44,935 bases of DNA, from assembly GCA_028719205.1 (NCBI GenBank), contig JAQUKH010000023.1, forward strand, positions 1 through 44,935, read 5' to 3'. This stretch comes from a bacterium (GTDB taxonomy: Bacteria; JACRDZ01; JAQUKH01). Numbering within the stretch: the first letter of the stretch is position 1; each line of letters begins with the position of its first letter. The translations under genes and the position numbers were made by a program. Under the pieces are notes generated by a model. That model was not told the DNA's origin, searched no databases, and was given only the letters and a program-made list of their open reading frames with translations. This document shows positions 36,827 to 44,935 of this stretch, piece after piece.

Positions 36827-37825
36827 ATGATTTCCATAATTATACCTGTTTATAATAGCGCAAGCACGCTGGAAGATTGTTTGGATCATATATTCAAACA
36901 GGAATATATCGACTATGAGGTCATTGTTGTCGATGACGGTTCCACTGACCGTTCAGCAGGGATAGCCTCTGAATTTAAACTTAAACTTATACCGATGTGC
37001 CGCAATAAAGGAGCGGGCGCGGCCAGAAATCGCGGCGCGAGAGAAGCAAAAGGTGATATTTTATGTTTCACGGATTCTGATTGTATAGTACCCCCGGATT
37101 GGCTTTTAAAGATAGCCGGGCAGTTTGATGATAAAAATACAGGTGCCGTAGGAGGAGGATACGCGTTTTCGGCCGGGAACAGCGTGCTGGAAATATTTGC
37201 TCATCTTGAACTGGTTTATAGAAGAAGCGGATTCCCGAAATTTGTTTCTGCCGCGGTATCTAATAATCTGGCCTGCCGTAAGGAAATATTCGAAAAACTG
37301 GGAGGGTTTCCTGAATATTTCACGGGGGCGGGCATGGAGGAAATTGTTTTTACCTTCGCGTTAAGCCGAAAGTATAAATTGATATGGGATAGTTCTAACG
37401 GTGTCGGGCATTATTTTTGTGATAAAATAAAAAATTATTTAAAACAGCAATATATCTTCGCGTACAGGGCAGCGTTAGTAACAGTTTTTATTCCCGCTAT
37501 ATCTTCTGTGGAAATATTCCGGCATAAAAATAATATTTTACAGCCGCTTAGTTTCTATCTAAGTCATTTTTTCCTTTTGCTCTCTGTTTTTTCCATAAAA
37601 TACGGAATACTGTTTATTTTGTTTTTATTTTTAATGTTTCTGTCTAATTTAAACTTTCTGTTGTTTATCCGTAAAAAAATATCTTTGTTCTCTTTTTGGA
37701 AAGTATTGGTATATATATATATAAGAAATTTCGCCTGGAGCGCGGGTTTTATTACGGGAATCGCGGCAGGGATTTTGCGCAGGAAAAGAGATCTTTCCCG
37801 TATATGGCTGGAGACTTATAAATGA
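36827..37825 (+). CDS. GT2 glycosyltransferase with C-terminal membrane helices
   Basis: ISIIIPVYN, VVDDGSTD, GAGAARN.GA, FTDSDC.VP.DWL, LGGF.E. Confidence 0.92.
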   Translation: MISIIIPVYNSASTLEDCLDHIFKQEYIDYEVIVVDDGSTDRSAGIASEFKLKLIPMCRNKGAGAARNRGAREAKGDILCFTDSDCIVPPDWLLKIAGQFDDKNTGAVGGGYAFSAGNSVLEIFAHLELVYRRSGFPKFVSAAVSNNLACRKEIFEKLGGFPEYFTGAGMEEIVFTFALSRKYKLIWDSSNGVGHYFCDKIKNYLKQQYIFAYRAALVTVFIPAISSVEIFRHKNNILQPLSFYLSHFFLLLSVFSIKYGILFILFLFLMFLSNLNFLLFIRKKISLFSFWKVLVYIYIRNFAWSAGFITGIAAGILRRKRDLSRIWLETYK

Positions 37826-39261
37826 AAATATTATTGTTAGTTGCTCCTTATAATCCATGTGAGTATTATCCCGGGCATCAGGCCAAACCCTCAAGGCTCG
37901 CGCTTAACAAAAACCTGGGATTTATTCCGGGAGCTACAACGCCGCTTGGCCCGTTATATGTTGCCGCTGTGTTGAAAAAAGCCGGGTACGAGGTAAAATT
38001 CATGGATGGGATCTTCCATAGCTGGGAGGAAGAAGAAAAAATCATAAGAGATGAACTTCCGTCGGTAATAGGGATATCTGTTACGGCCTTTGGATTTGAA
38101 CGGACAAAACGGCTGACCGCGATCATAAAAAAGATCAGCCCTGAAATATTTACGGTTATCGGAGGGCCGTATCCTGATGCAGTACAGGAAAAATGCCTGG
38201 AAGATGATCCCAATCTGGATGTTGTCTCTATTGGCGATGGTGAATATACCATGCGTGATCTATGTTACGCTTTAGAAAACAAAAAGGACCTGTCAGGAGT
38301 AAAAGGTATAGCCTTTCGGAACGGAGCCGGCAGGATCATAAAAAATCCAAGCCGTCCTTTTATCGAAAATTTAGATGAGTTGCCTTTTCCGGCGAGAGAA
38401 TTAGTGGACGTAAAAAAATATTCTCCCGCAATCGGACATTATAAAAAACTACCGAACGCGACTATTATTGGTTCGCGGGGATGCAAAGGCCAGTGTATTT
38501 TCTGCCACACCAAAATATTTCCGGATCTTTATACGCGTTTCAGAAAACCTGAATTTGTGGTTGAAGAAATGGAAAAACTGGTTAAAGACCACGGGATAAA
38601 GGATTTCCTGTTCTGGGACAATAATCTTACGGAAGACAAAGAAAGGATTATTATCCTTTGTGAGGAGATAATAAAGAGAAAATTGAATATAATCTGGTCA
38701 GGAGGCACGCGCGCTGATACGATTGACGAAGAAATTATTACTGTAATGAAACGGTCCGGATGCTGGAAGCTACTGGTAGGCGTGGAATCGGGATCGCAAA
38801 AGAGCCTGGACATTTTAAATAAAGGTGAGACCGTGGAGCAGGTTGAAAAAGCCATAGGCTGGATAAAAAAAGCCGGTATTTCCGTATTTGCCACGTTTAT
38901 ATTCGGTATTCCGGGAGAAACCTATCAGGATGCCTTAAAAACAATAGCTTTTGCTAAAAAGCTCGATCCGGATGTCGCGAAATTTTTCACTTTATCCTGT
39001 AATCCGGGAAGCATTATAAGCAAAAAAGTACATGAATATGGAAATATGCCGCTTGATTCGCACGCGCAGTCTTTTCACGCGGCCGGTTTTGTACCTTATA
39101 CTATGACACACGCCGAGCTTGAAGAGGTATTCAACCGCGCCTATAAGGAATTTTATATAAGGTCTTCATATATTTTGAAAAGAGCATTAAAAATTCGCAG
39201 TATCGAAGATATAAAACAGAATATCCGTGGTTTTTTCGCCTTTAAGCAGGAAAATTATTAA
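37822..39261 (+). CDS. Cobalamin-binding radical SAM protein (4)
   Basis: PLG.LYVAA, IGGP, GDGE, LD.LPFPAR, SRGCKGQCIFC, FWDNN, GVESGSQ, FIFG.PGET, AY.EFY.R. Confidence 0.93.
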   Translation: MKILLLVAPYNPCEYYPGHQAKPSRLALNKNLGFIPGATTPLGPLYVAAVLKKAGYEVKFMDGIFHSWEEEEKIIRDELPSVIGISVTAFGFERTKRLTAIIKKISPEIFTVIGGPYPDAVQEKCLEDDPNLDVVSIGDGEYTMRDLCYALENKKDLSGVKGIAFRNGAGRIIKNPSRPFIENLDELPFPARELVDVKKYSPAIGHYKKLPNATIIGSRGCKGQCIFCHTKIFPDLYTRFRKPEFVVEEMEKLVKDHGIKDFLFWDNNLTEDKERIIILCEEIIKRKLNIIWSGGTRADTIDEEIITVMKRSGCWKLLVGVESGSQKSLDILNKGETVEQVEKAIGWIKKAGISVFATFIFGIPGETYQDALKTIAFAKKLDPDVAKFFTLSCNPGSIISKKVHEYGNMPLDSHAQSFHAAGFVPYTMTHAELEEVFNRAYKEFYIRSSYILKRALKIRSIEDIKQNIRGFFAFKQENY

Positions 39262-39279
39262 TATTATTAAGGGAAAATT

Positions 39280-40836
39280 ATGAAGGTAGTTTTTGTTTAC
39301 ATGGGAACTATAAATCTGGGGATTGAATCTCTCGCCGGTATGCTTGAGGCTCACGGGCATAAAACCGATCTGATATATGACCCCGCTTTATTTGATGACA
39401 AAAGATATATATATTCTCCACGCTTAGCCAGGTTATTCAATCAGGAAAAAATAATAATAGAAAAGATCCTTGAGAGCCGGCCGGATCTGATAGCTTTCTC
39501 GGTTCTTACTTATAATTATCAGTGGGCTTCACGTATGGCTCAGGGCCTAAAGAAAAAATTACCGCAAGTTCCTATAGTATTTGGCGGGCATCATCCTACA
39601 CTTTTACCCGAAAGAGTTATAAAGGATGATTTTGTTGATTTTTTAGTTGTTGGAGAGGGTGAATACGCATTATTGGATCTGGCAAATGCCTTGGAAAAGG
39701 GGGGTGATTGCCATAATATAGAAAATGTATGGAGCAAGAAAGACGGGAAGATAATATCGAATCCCGTCAGGAAGTTAATTGAAGACCTGGATGTTATTCC
39801 TTTGCCTGATAAAGAGTTATTTCAAAAATATATTCCCTCGCAGGATGAATATATTATTATTTCCGGAAGGGGATGTCCTTTCAGATGCACTTTTTGCTGT
39901 AATCCCGTCTGGCATAAAATTTATGAGGGTAAAGGCCGGTTTGTAAGAAAACGAAGTGTTGCGAATGTAATTGAAGAATTAAAAGTTAATAAGAAGAAAT
40001 ATGGTTTTAAAACAATTTATTTTGCCGATGAAGCTTTTACCTGGAACAGTGAATGGATCAGGCAATTCGCGGAATCTTACGGGAAACAAATTCAAGTTCC
40101 GTTTAAATGTGTCTGCCATCCCTTGCAGCTTGATGAAGAGATTGTCGGTTTATTAAAAAAGGCCGGTTGTTACGCGGTTGAGATAGGAATTCAGACGATT
40201 GATGAAGAACTGAAAAGATCTTTATTGCGAAGAACTGAAAGTAACACGGAGGTAAAAGAGGCAATAGAAAGATGTCATAAATACGGGCTGACAATAATCG
40301 CAGACCATATATTCGGGCTCCCGGGGGATAAGGAGGAATTTCTGGAAAAAGCGGCGTGTTTTTATTCTCAGGTCCGGCCTCATAGAATAACCGATTATAC
40401 GCTTTCCTATTCCCCTGAAACCGCATTGCTTGAAACTGCCTGTAAAATGGGAATAGTTGACGCTGAACAATTGGAATGCATTGAAAGCGGGCGTGATAAT
40501 TCCTATATCCACGGCGGATCAACTAAGGATAAGCATCAAAAAAGAATAGCGGAAAATTTTATAGTTTTTTTTAAGTTAATACCTTTTATACCGGATAAAC
40601 TTGTTATTTTAATAATAAAGAAAAAAACTTACCGTTATTTCCACCTTTTCCCAAAACCGTTTTTAGCCATTTTGGACCTTTTGACAGTAATTTTTATATC
40701 CCACGAATATAGGGCTTTAAATTATCTTAAGTATTATTACCGTGAACTAAAGAAATATTTCAAATTAAAATTTCGTTTTAAACGGGGATCAAATGTACAA
40801 AAATCAAAGCTTAAGCCTGGTCATGCCGGCGTATAA
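39280..40836 (+). CDS. Cobalamin-binding radical SAM protein (5)
   Basis: LG.ESL...L...GH, FGG.HPT, GEGE, GRGCPFRCTFCCN, RS..NVI.E, F.DE.F, GIQT, HIFGLPG. Confidence 0.93.
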   Translation: MKVVFVYMGTINLGIESLAGMLEAHGHKTDLIYDPALFDDKRYIYSPRLARLFNQEKIIIEKILESRPDLIAFSVLTYNYQWASRMAQGLKKKLPQVPIVFGGHHPTLLPERVIKDDFVDFLVVGEGEYALLDLANALEKGGDCHNIENVWSKKDGKIISNPVRKLIEDLDVIPLPDKELFQKYIPSQDEYIIISGRGCPFRCTFCCNPVWHKIYEGKGRFVRKRSVANVIEELKVNKKKYGFKTIYFADEAFTWNSEWIRQFAESYGKQIQVPFKCVCHPLQLDEEIVGLLKKAGCYAVEIGIQTIDEELKRSLLRRTESNTEVKEAIERCHKYGLTIIADHIFGLPGDKEEFLEKAACFYSQVRPHRITDYTLSYSPETALLETACKMGIVDAEQLECIESGRDNSYIHGGSTKDKHQKRIAENFIVFFKLIPFIPDKLVILIIKKKTYRYFHLFPKPFLAILDLLTVIFISHEYRALNYLKYYYRELKKYFKLKFRFKRGSNVQKSKLKPGHAGV

Positions 40837-41494
40837 TGAAAAAGAGGCTGTTGCGGAGGTTATTTCAGGTTATAAAAAACTTGGTATAATCGATGAGATT
40901 ATTGTTGTTGATAATAATTCAACCGATGGGACAGGAGAAAAGGCTTTAAACTTGGGGGTAAGGGTAGTAAAAGAACCAAAACAGGGTTACGGTTACGCCT
41001 GTATCCGCGGTTTAAAAGAGGCAACCGGAGATCTGGTAATTATAATTGAATGCGACGGAACTTTCAGGCCGGAAGATGTTGATAAACTTTTAAAATATAT
41101 TGAAGGTTATGATATGGTTATCGGGAGCAGGGTGCACAATGATTTAAATCACGCTAACGCCAATATGGATCGGGTGATCCGGTGGGGAAATTTTGTTCTG
41201 GCAAAGGTTATGGAGGTATTTTACGCGGGCGATTATAAATTAAATGATGTCGGCTGCACCTTTCGCGTTATCAAAAAGGCCTCATTAGAACGGTTTGTTG
41301 ATAAATTAAGGATAGGGGGCGAGGATTTTACCCCGGAGTTAACCTTTGAAGCTTTAAAGGCAAATGCCGCGATAATTCAGATCCCGATAAGTTATCAGCC
41401 AAGGATAGGGGAAAGCAAACTTTCTCCTGACAGGCTGCATTCTATCAGGATAGGATTAAAACATTTTTTCCACATAATTTCCAGAAGATTTTGA
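40793..41494 (+). CDS. GT2, polyprenyl-phosphate sugar synthase (DPM1)-like
   Basis: VMPAYNE, VVDNNSTD, QGYG.A...G, ECDGT, V.GSR, L.DVGCT.R, PI.Y.PR.GESKL. Confidence 0.9.
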   Translation: MYKNQSLSLVMPAYNEKEAVAEVISGYKKLGIIDEIIVVDNNSTDGTGEKALNLGVRVVKEPKQGYGYACIRGLKEATGDLVIIIECDGTFRPEDVDKLLKYIEGYDMVIGSRVHNDLNHANANMDRVIRWGNFVLAKVMEVFYAGDYKLNDVGCTFRVIKKASLERFVDKLRIGGEDFTPELTFEALKANAAIIQIPISYQPRIGESKLSPDRLHSIRIGLKHFFHIISRRF

Positions 41495-41501
41495 GATTAT
41501 T

Positions 41502-41708
41502 ATGGAAGCTAAGCATTCAAATAAAATATTTTTAAGCCTTATATTTGCCAGTTTAGTAATGGTCGTTGGCCTTTTTTTCTACAACGCGTTACATGACCCT
41601 GCCAATGAGCCTGTAATTCCGAATATTGATGTTCCAGCGGTAAAAGCAAAGATAAAAGACGCCGGTTTGGTTCCTGTTGAGGCTAAATATTATAAGGAAT
41701 TAAAATAG
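41502..41708 (+). CDS. Small single-TM protein ending in EAKYYKELK
   Basis: 68 aa with one hydrophobic helix; TAG stop abuts the in-frame ATG of the next gene. Confidence 0.75.
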   Translation: MEAKHSNKIFLSLIFASLVMVVGLFFYNALHDPANEPVIPNIDVPAVKAKIKDAGLVPVEAKYYKELK

Positions 41709-42692
41709 ATGGCAAAACCCAAAATAATCCAATGTTTGCTTTGTCCTAAAGAGTGTAAGCTTTATGATGGGCAAAGAGGTGATTGCAGGGTGCGCATACA
41801 TCTGGACGGAAAGCTGCAGACCCTCGTATATGGCCGTCCATGCGCTGTCCATATTGATCCGGTTGAGAAAAAACCGGTTTATCATCTGTTGCCTGGAAGC
41901 CAGGCATTTTCCATTGCTACGGCCGGATGTAATTTGCATTGCAAGTTTTGCCAGAATTGGGAAATCTCGCAAAAGAACCCGGAGGAAACCGTTAATTATT
42001 TTATGCCCCCTAAAGATGTTGTTAACAATGCGTTGACAAGCGGTTCAAAGTCAATTGCCTATACCTATTCAGACCCGAATATTTATTATGAATATGTTTT
42101 GGATACGGCAAAACTGGCAAAAAAGGCAGGATTGAAAAATATAGTTATTTCAGCGGGATATATTAATCCTGAGCCGCTAAAAGAACTTTCAGAATTTCTT
42201 GATGTTTATAAGGTTGACCTAAAGGCCTTTAATAATAAGTTTTATCAGGAAATATGTTCCGCCACGCTGCAGCCGGTCCTTGAAACTTTGAAAAATTTAA
42301 AAAAATTGGAGGTATGGACCGAGATCGTTAATTTGATTATCCCTACCTTAAATGATGATTTTACTGAAATACGGAAGATGTGCAAATGGATAAAAAGCGA
42401 ATTGGGAAATGATGTTCCGATCCATTTCTTACAATTTTACCCTCAGTATAAATTAAATAATCTTCCGCCTACACCGCTTGAAACTTTAACTGGGGCCAGA
42501 AAAATTGCCATAGAAGAAGGATTGAATTATGTTTATTTGGGAAACATCCCGCAGGGTGAGGGTAATAATACCTATTGCCCAAACTGCAAAAATCTTTTGA
42601 TCGAGCGGATAGGATATTTTGTGAAGGAAATGAGGATCAATAACGGGTTATGTAATTTTTGCAAATTTAAAATTGCCGGAATCTGGGGGTAA
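41709..42692 (+). CDS. amrS: AmmeMemoRadiSam-system radical SAM enzyme (PFL-activase-like), lacking the usual N-terminal motif
   Basis: CLLCP..C....G..G.C.VR, DPVEKKP.YH..PG, GCNLHCKFCQNWEISQ, IAYTY..P, P.HF..FYP.YK, YVYLGN, T.CP.C...LI.R.G, C..C...I.G.W. Confidence 0.88.
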   Translation: MAKPKIIQCLLCPKECKLYDGQRGDCRVRIHLDGKLQTLVYGRPCAVHIDPVEKKPVYHLLPGSQAFSIATAGCNLHCKFCQNWEISQKNPEETVNYFMPPKDVVNNALTSGSKSIAYTYSDPNIYYEYVLDTAKLAKKAGLKNIVISAGYINPEPLKELSEFLDVYKVDLKAFNNKFYQEICSATLQPVLETLKNLKKLEVWTEIVNLIIPTLNDDFTEIRKMCKWIKSELGNDVPIHFLQFYPQYKLNNLPPTPLETLTGARKIAIEEGLNYVYLGNIPQGEGNNTYCPNCKNLLIERIGYFVKEMRINNGLCNFCKFKIAGIWG

Positions 42693-42693
42693 A

Positions 42694-42834
42694 ATGACGC
42701 GTAAAGAATTTCTTAAAAGATCGGTTTTATTTATTACAGGATTATTTTTTATCGGAAAAACAAAATTATTTGTCAAAATTTTAGGTTCATCAAAAAAGGA
42801 TTTAAAAGAAGCAAGATTTTATAAAATATTATAA
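42694..42834 (+). CDS. Uncalled 46-aa peptide with Tat-like N-terminus and C-terminal EARFYKIL
   Basis: MTRKEFLKRSVLFITGLFFIGKTKLFVKILGSSKKDLKEARFYKIL*; ATG 1 nt after the upstream stop, with GGGGG upstream. Confidence 0.7.
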   Translation: MTRKEFLKRSVLFITGLFFIGKTKLFVKILGSSKKDLKEARFYKIL

Positions 42835-42838
42835 TGGC

Positions 42839-42878
42839 AGGGGGGGTCCCGCCTGCGGCAGGCAGGTAAACCCGCCCT
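42839..42878. repeat. Nested palindrome between convergent genes (possible bidirectional terminator)
   Basis: Outer arms AGGGGGGGT / ACCCGCCCT (one mismatch) enclose CCCGCCTGCGGCAGGCAGG. Confidence 0.6.
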
Positions 42879-43706
42879 TTAATATTGCGGCGCTACTTTT
42901 CTCTTTTTTTCTTCGTCCAGCTTATTATATTCAGTTTTTTCCTGGTTGATCAGCCGTTCCAGTTCTTTAATACGTTCAAGTTTTTGCTTTCTTTTATCAT
43001 CCGTATCTTCCTCTTTTTCTGAAAAGATGGATTCATTTATGCTGTTAATTGAGTTCGAGGCTTCTTTTTTAACTGTTTCATCAAAATCATATTTCATTAC
43101 ATACATCAGATAGGGAATGATTTTCTTGTCTTTTGTTGTTCCCAGAACACGTATTACTTCTTTTCTTACCATTGGAGAAGAATCTATTTTAGAAGCGTCA
43201 ATAAGAGGATTTATGATCTTCTGGCCGCCAATAGCCTCCAATGCCTTCACAGCCTGAAACCTTATTTCAGGTTTTATGCTGGATTTTAATATAGAGATCG
43301 CGATATCTAAACCGCGGTTATCGGTAAGCTTACCTAAGGCTTCAGCCGCGCAAACTCTTATCAAAGGGGCTTCATCTTCCAGTAAAGGTATAAGATACTC
43401 TAATGATTGTCTTTCTTTTAAGTTCCCTAACGCGGAAATTACCTCGCATTTTATTCCTAAATCGTCTGATTTTATAAGCCGGATCAACGGATTTACCGCC
43501 CGCCTGTCCTGAGATACGCCCAATTTTTTTATGATCTGCTTTTTTTCGAGTTTATCTTTAGTGTTCAATCGTTCAATTAAATTACTGATCTCATCTTGGG
43601 TTTCGGTATTGTATAGAGAACTATTTTCAGCGAAGGAGAAAAATGGAACTATAAAGATAAAATTTATTAAAACCAGCAGTAATAATTTTAGTCTTATAAT
43701 TTTCAT
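42879..43706 (-). CDS. Exported HEAT-repeat (PBS lyase-like) protein with charged coiled-coil tail
   Basis: Signal peptide; repeats LI.LL.D....IR..AA.ALG.L; E/K-rich C-terminus. Confidence 0.85.
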   Translation of the reverse strand: MKIIRLKLLLLVLINFIFIVPFFSFAENSSLYNTETQDEISNLIERLNTKDKLEKKQIIKKLGVSQDRRAVNPLIRLIKSDDLGIKCEVISALGNLKERQSLEYLIPLLEDEAPLIRVCAAEALGKLTDNRGLDIAISILKSSIKPEIRFQAVKALEAIGGQKIINPLIDASKIDSSPMVRKEVIRVLGTTKDKKIIPYLMYVMKYDFDETVKKEASNSINSINESIFSEKEEDTDDKRKQKLERIKELERLINQEKTEYNKLDEEKKRKVAPQY

Positions 43707-43723
43707 AATTTCCCTGCCTATAT

Positions 43724-43960
43724 TTAATTTTTGGAAGGAGGAAAATCTATTATTAAGGAAAGCGCGACTACAATATAGCCTATAATGATTGAAAAAGGGG
43801 AAAGATAAGATGCCCAGTTATCCCCGCCTTTATTAGTCAATGTCAAAAGGAGGTATCCGATAATGGCAATGAATATGCCGGCAACAAACATAGTAACGTT
43901 TCCTTTGTAATTTTTAGATGTATCATTTGTTATTTTTTTATCTGTATTTTCTTTTGCCAT
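43724..43960 (-). CDS. Small two-TM membrane protein (DUF3098-like)
   Basis: N..MF..GI...IIGY.LL ... LSP..II.GY.....LI pattern; family assignment from memory. Confidence 0.6.
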   Translation of the reverse strand: MAKENTDKKITNDTSKNYKGNVTMFVAGIFIAIIGYLLLTLTNKGGDNWASYLSPFSIIIGYIVVALSLIIDFPPSKN

Positions 43961-44010
43961 AATAACCCCGTGTTTTTAATGGATAAGGATACATTTTTTT
44001 ATCGAATTTG

Positions 44011-44935
44011 TCAAGTTTTTCTTTTAAACTTTTTTGCGGCCGGGAAAAGAATATTATTCAAAATAAGGCGGTATCCCGGCGAATTTTTATGCAGATCAAG
44101 ATTTGTCGGCGGGTCGCCTACTTTATGGCTGTAATCTTCAGGATCATGCCCGCCATAAAAAGTGACGCTCCCGTCCCTGTAATTTGTATGAATATATTTT
44201 GCGCGGTTTCCGCTTACCACGCGGCCCATGATGATCGCGGAGTCTTTTATTACAGCCATGTTAAATGAGGTTGTTTGTCCGAAAAAACCCTTGATCTTGG
44301 TGGTATGGTTTTGCGTGAGCATTGAGGGGACAGGATCGAATTTGGCTGAAAATTCAAAAAGTGTAAAATCTTCAAGCCCGGAATTCTCGGGTATCTCATA
44401 ATTACTTACATCAATATTGGAAAATTCATAGATCATCGGATTAGTATCTATTTTAAAATTTGTAAAGAAAAAAGTCTGGCTAAAATCAAGTTTTTCCTGC
44501 GCGTTAGGGTCGACCGGAGTGCCGTCTATTTCCGGCGGCACAATGTCTATTCCCGTCGCGGCTAAACTGATATCAATACTGTCGCACGCGGCGCACATAG
44601 CGAAAAGAAATCCGCCTTGCGCGACATAGGCCCTGATCGCCCGGGCTACGGCATTTTTATGCTCCGGGACTGTGGAAAAACCGGCTTCTTTCGCGGCCGC
44701 GGTATAATTAAAAACCTGTTGTTTATACCACGGTGCGTTACAAAAAGAGGAATAAAATTTTCCGTATTGTCCGGTAAAATCTTCATGATGAAGATGCAGC
44801 CAGTCGTATTTGATTAATTTCCCGGACAGTACATCTTTGTCCCAAACTTTATCATAAGGGATCTGGGCATAGGTTAAAGCTAATGTAACCGCGTCGTCCC
44901 ATGGCAATTTTTCCGGCGGGGTATAGACCGCGATC
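44011..44935 (-). CDS. Conserved class I glutamine amidotransferase-like protein (partial, N-terminus outside window)
   Basis: Frame is open to the window edge (IAVYTPPEKLPWDDAVT); YDWLHLHHEDFTGQYGKF, GGFLFAMC.A.DS.D, GGHDPEDY, PGYRLILNN. Confidence 0.75.
   Translation of the reverse strand, partial: IAVYTPPEKLPWDDAVTLALTYAQIPYDKVWDKDVLSGKLIKYDWLHLHHEDFTGQYGKFYSSFCNAPWYKQQVFNYTAAAKEAGFSTVPEHKNAVARAIRAYVAQGGFLFAMCAACDSIDISLAATGIDIVPPEIDGTPVDPNAQEKLDFSQTFFFTNFKIDTNPMIYEFSNIDVSNYEIPENSGLEDFTLFEFSAKFDPVPSMLTQNHTTKIKGFFGQTTSFNMAVIKDSAIIMGRVVSGNRAKYIHTNYRDGSVTFYGGHDPEDYSHKVGDPPTNLDLHKNSPGYRLILNNILFPAAKKFKRKT

Noticed and set aside
12670-40836. Hopanoid (HpnH/HpnI/HpnJ) or ladderane cluster
   Set aside because: Only family-level resemblance; no squalene synthase, squalene-hopene cyclase, HpnN or fatty-acid synthesis genes in the window.
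41706-41708. Pyrrolysine recoding of the in-frame TAG
   Set aside because: No pyl genes in the window, the position is a linker, and the next ATG has its own RBS; kept only as a testable possibility.
923-44817. Many short or antisense ORFs in the track (e.g. 2655-3371 minus, 24570-24944 plus, 40103-40522 minus)
   Set aside because: They are nested in or opposite well-supported genes and show no recognisable motifs.
44011-44935. Label as asparagine synthetase B
   Set aside because: No AsnB synthetase (SGGLDS) motif in the visible part.

Overview
AT-rich, densely packed bacterial chromosomal segment; no rRNA, tRNA, CRISPR array, transposase or integrase was recognised. The left end is a co-oriented run: TPR gene end, ResB/CcsB, an exported repeat protein, moaA, moaC, a MOSC protein, a degenerate AAA+ protein and a polytopic spermidine-synthase-like protein. 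About 7.5-41.5 kb is a large envelope-tailoring locus: 5 cobalamin-binding radical SAM enzymes, 3 twitch/SPASM-type radical SAM enzymes, 5 GT2 glycosyltransferases (2 polyprenyl-phosphate-sugar synthase-like), 4 paralogous ArnT/PMT-like GT-C transferases, a DegT aminotransferase, a SufS desulfurase, a PP-loop enzyme, a PaaK/CapK-like ligase, a flavoprotein and a methyltransferase. These are interleaved with exported proteins and an isolated purM; no scaffold synthase, nucleotide-sugar enzyme or flippase was recognised. At the right end an AmmeMemoRadiSam radical SAM enzyme lacks its usual N-terminal EAxxYxxL motif, which instead ends two small flanking ORFs, one of them not in the ORF track. 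Small palindromic (REP-like) elements sit inside several reading frames, and several promoters look leaderless. All calls are from motif reading; no database search was run.
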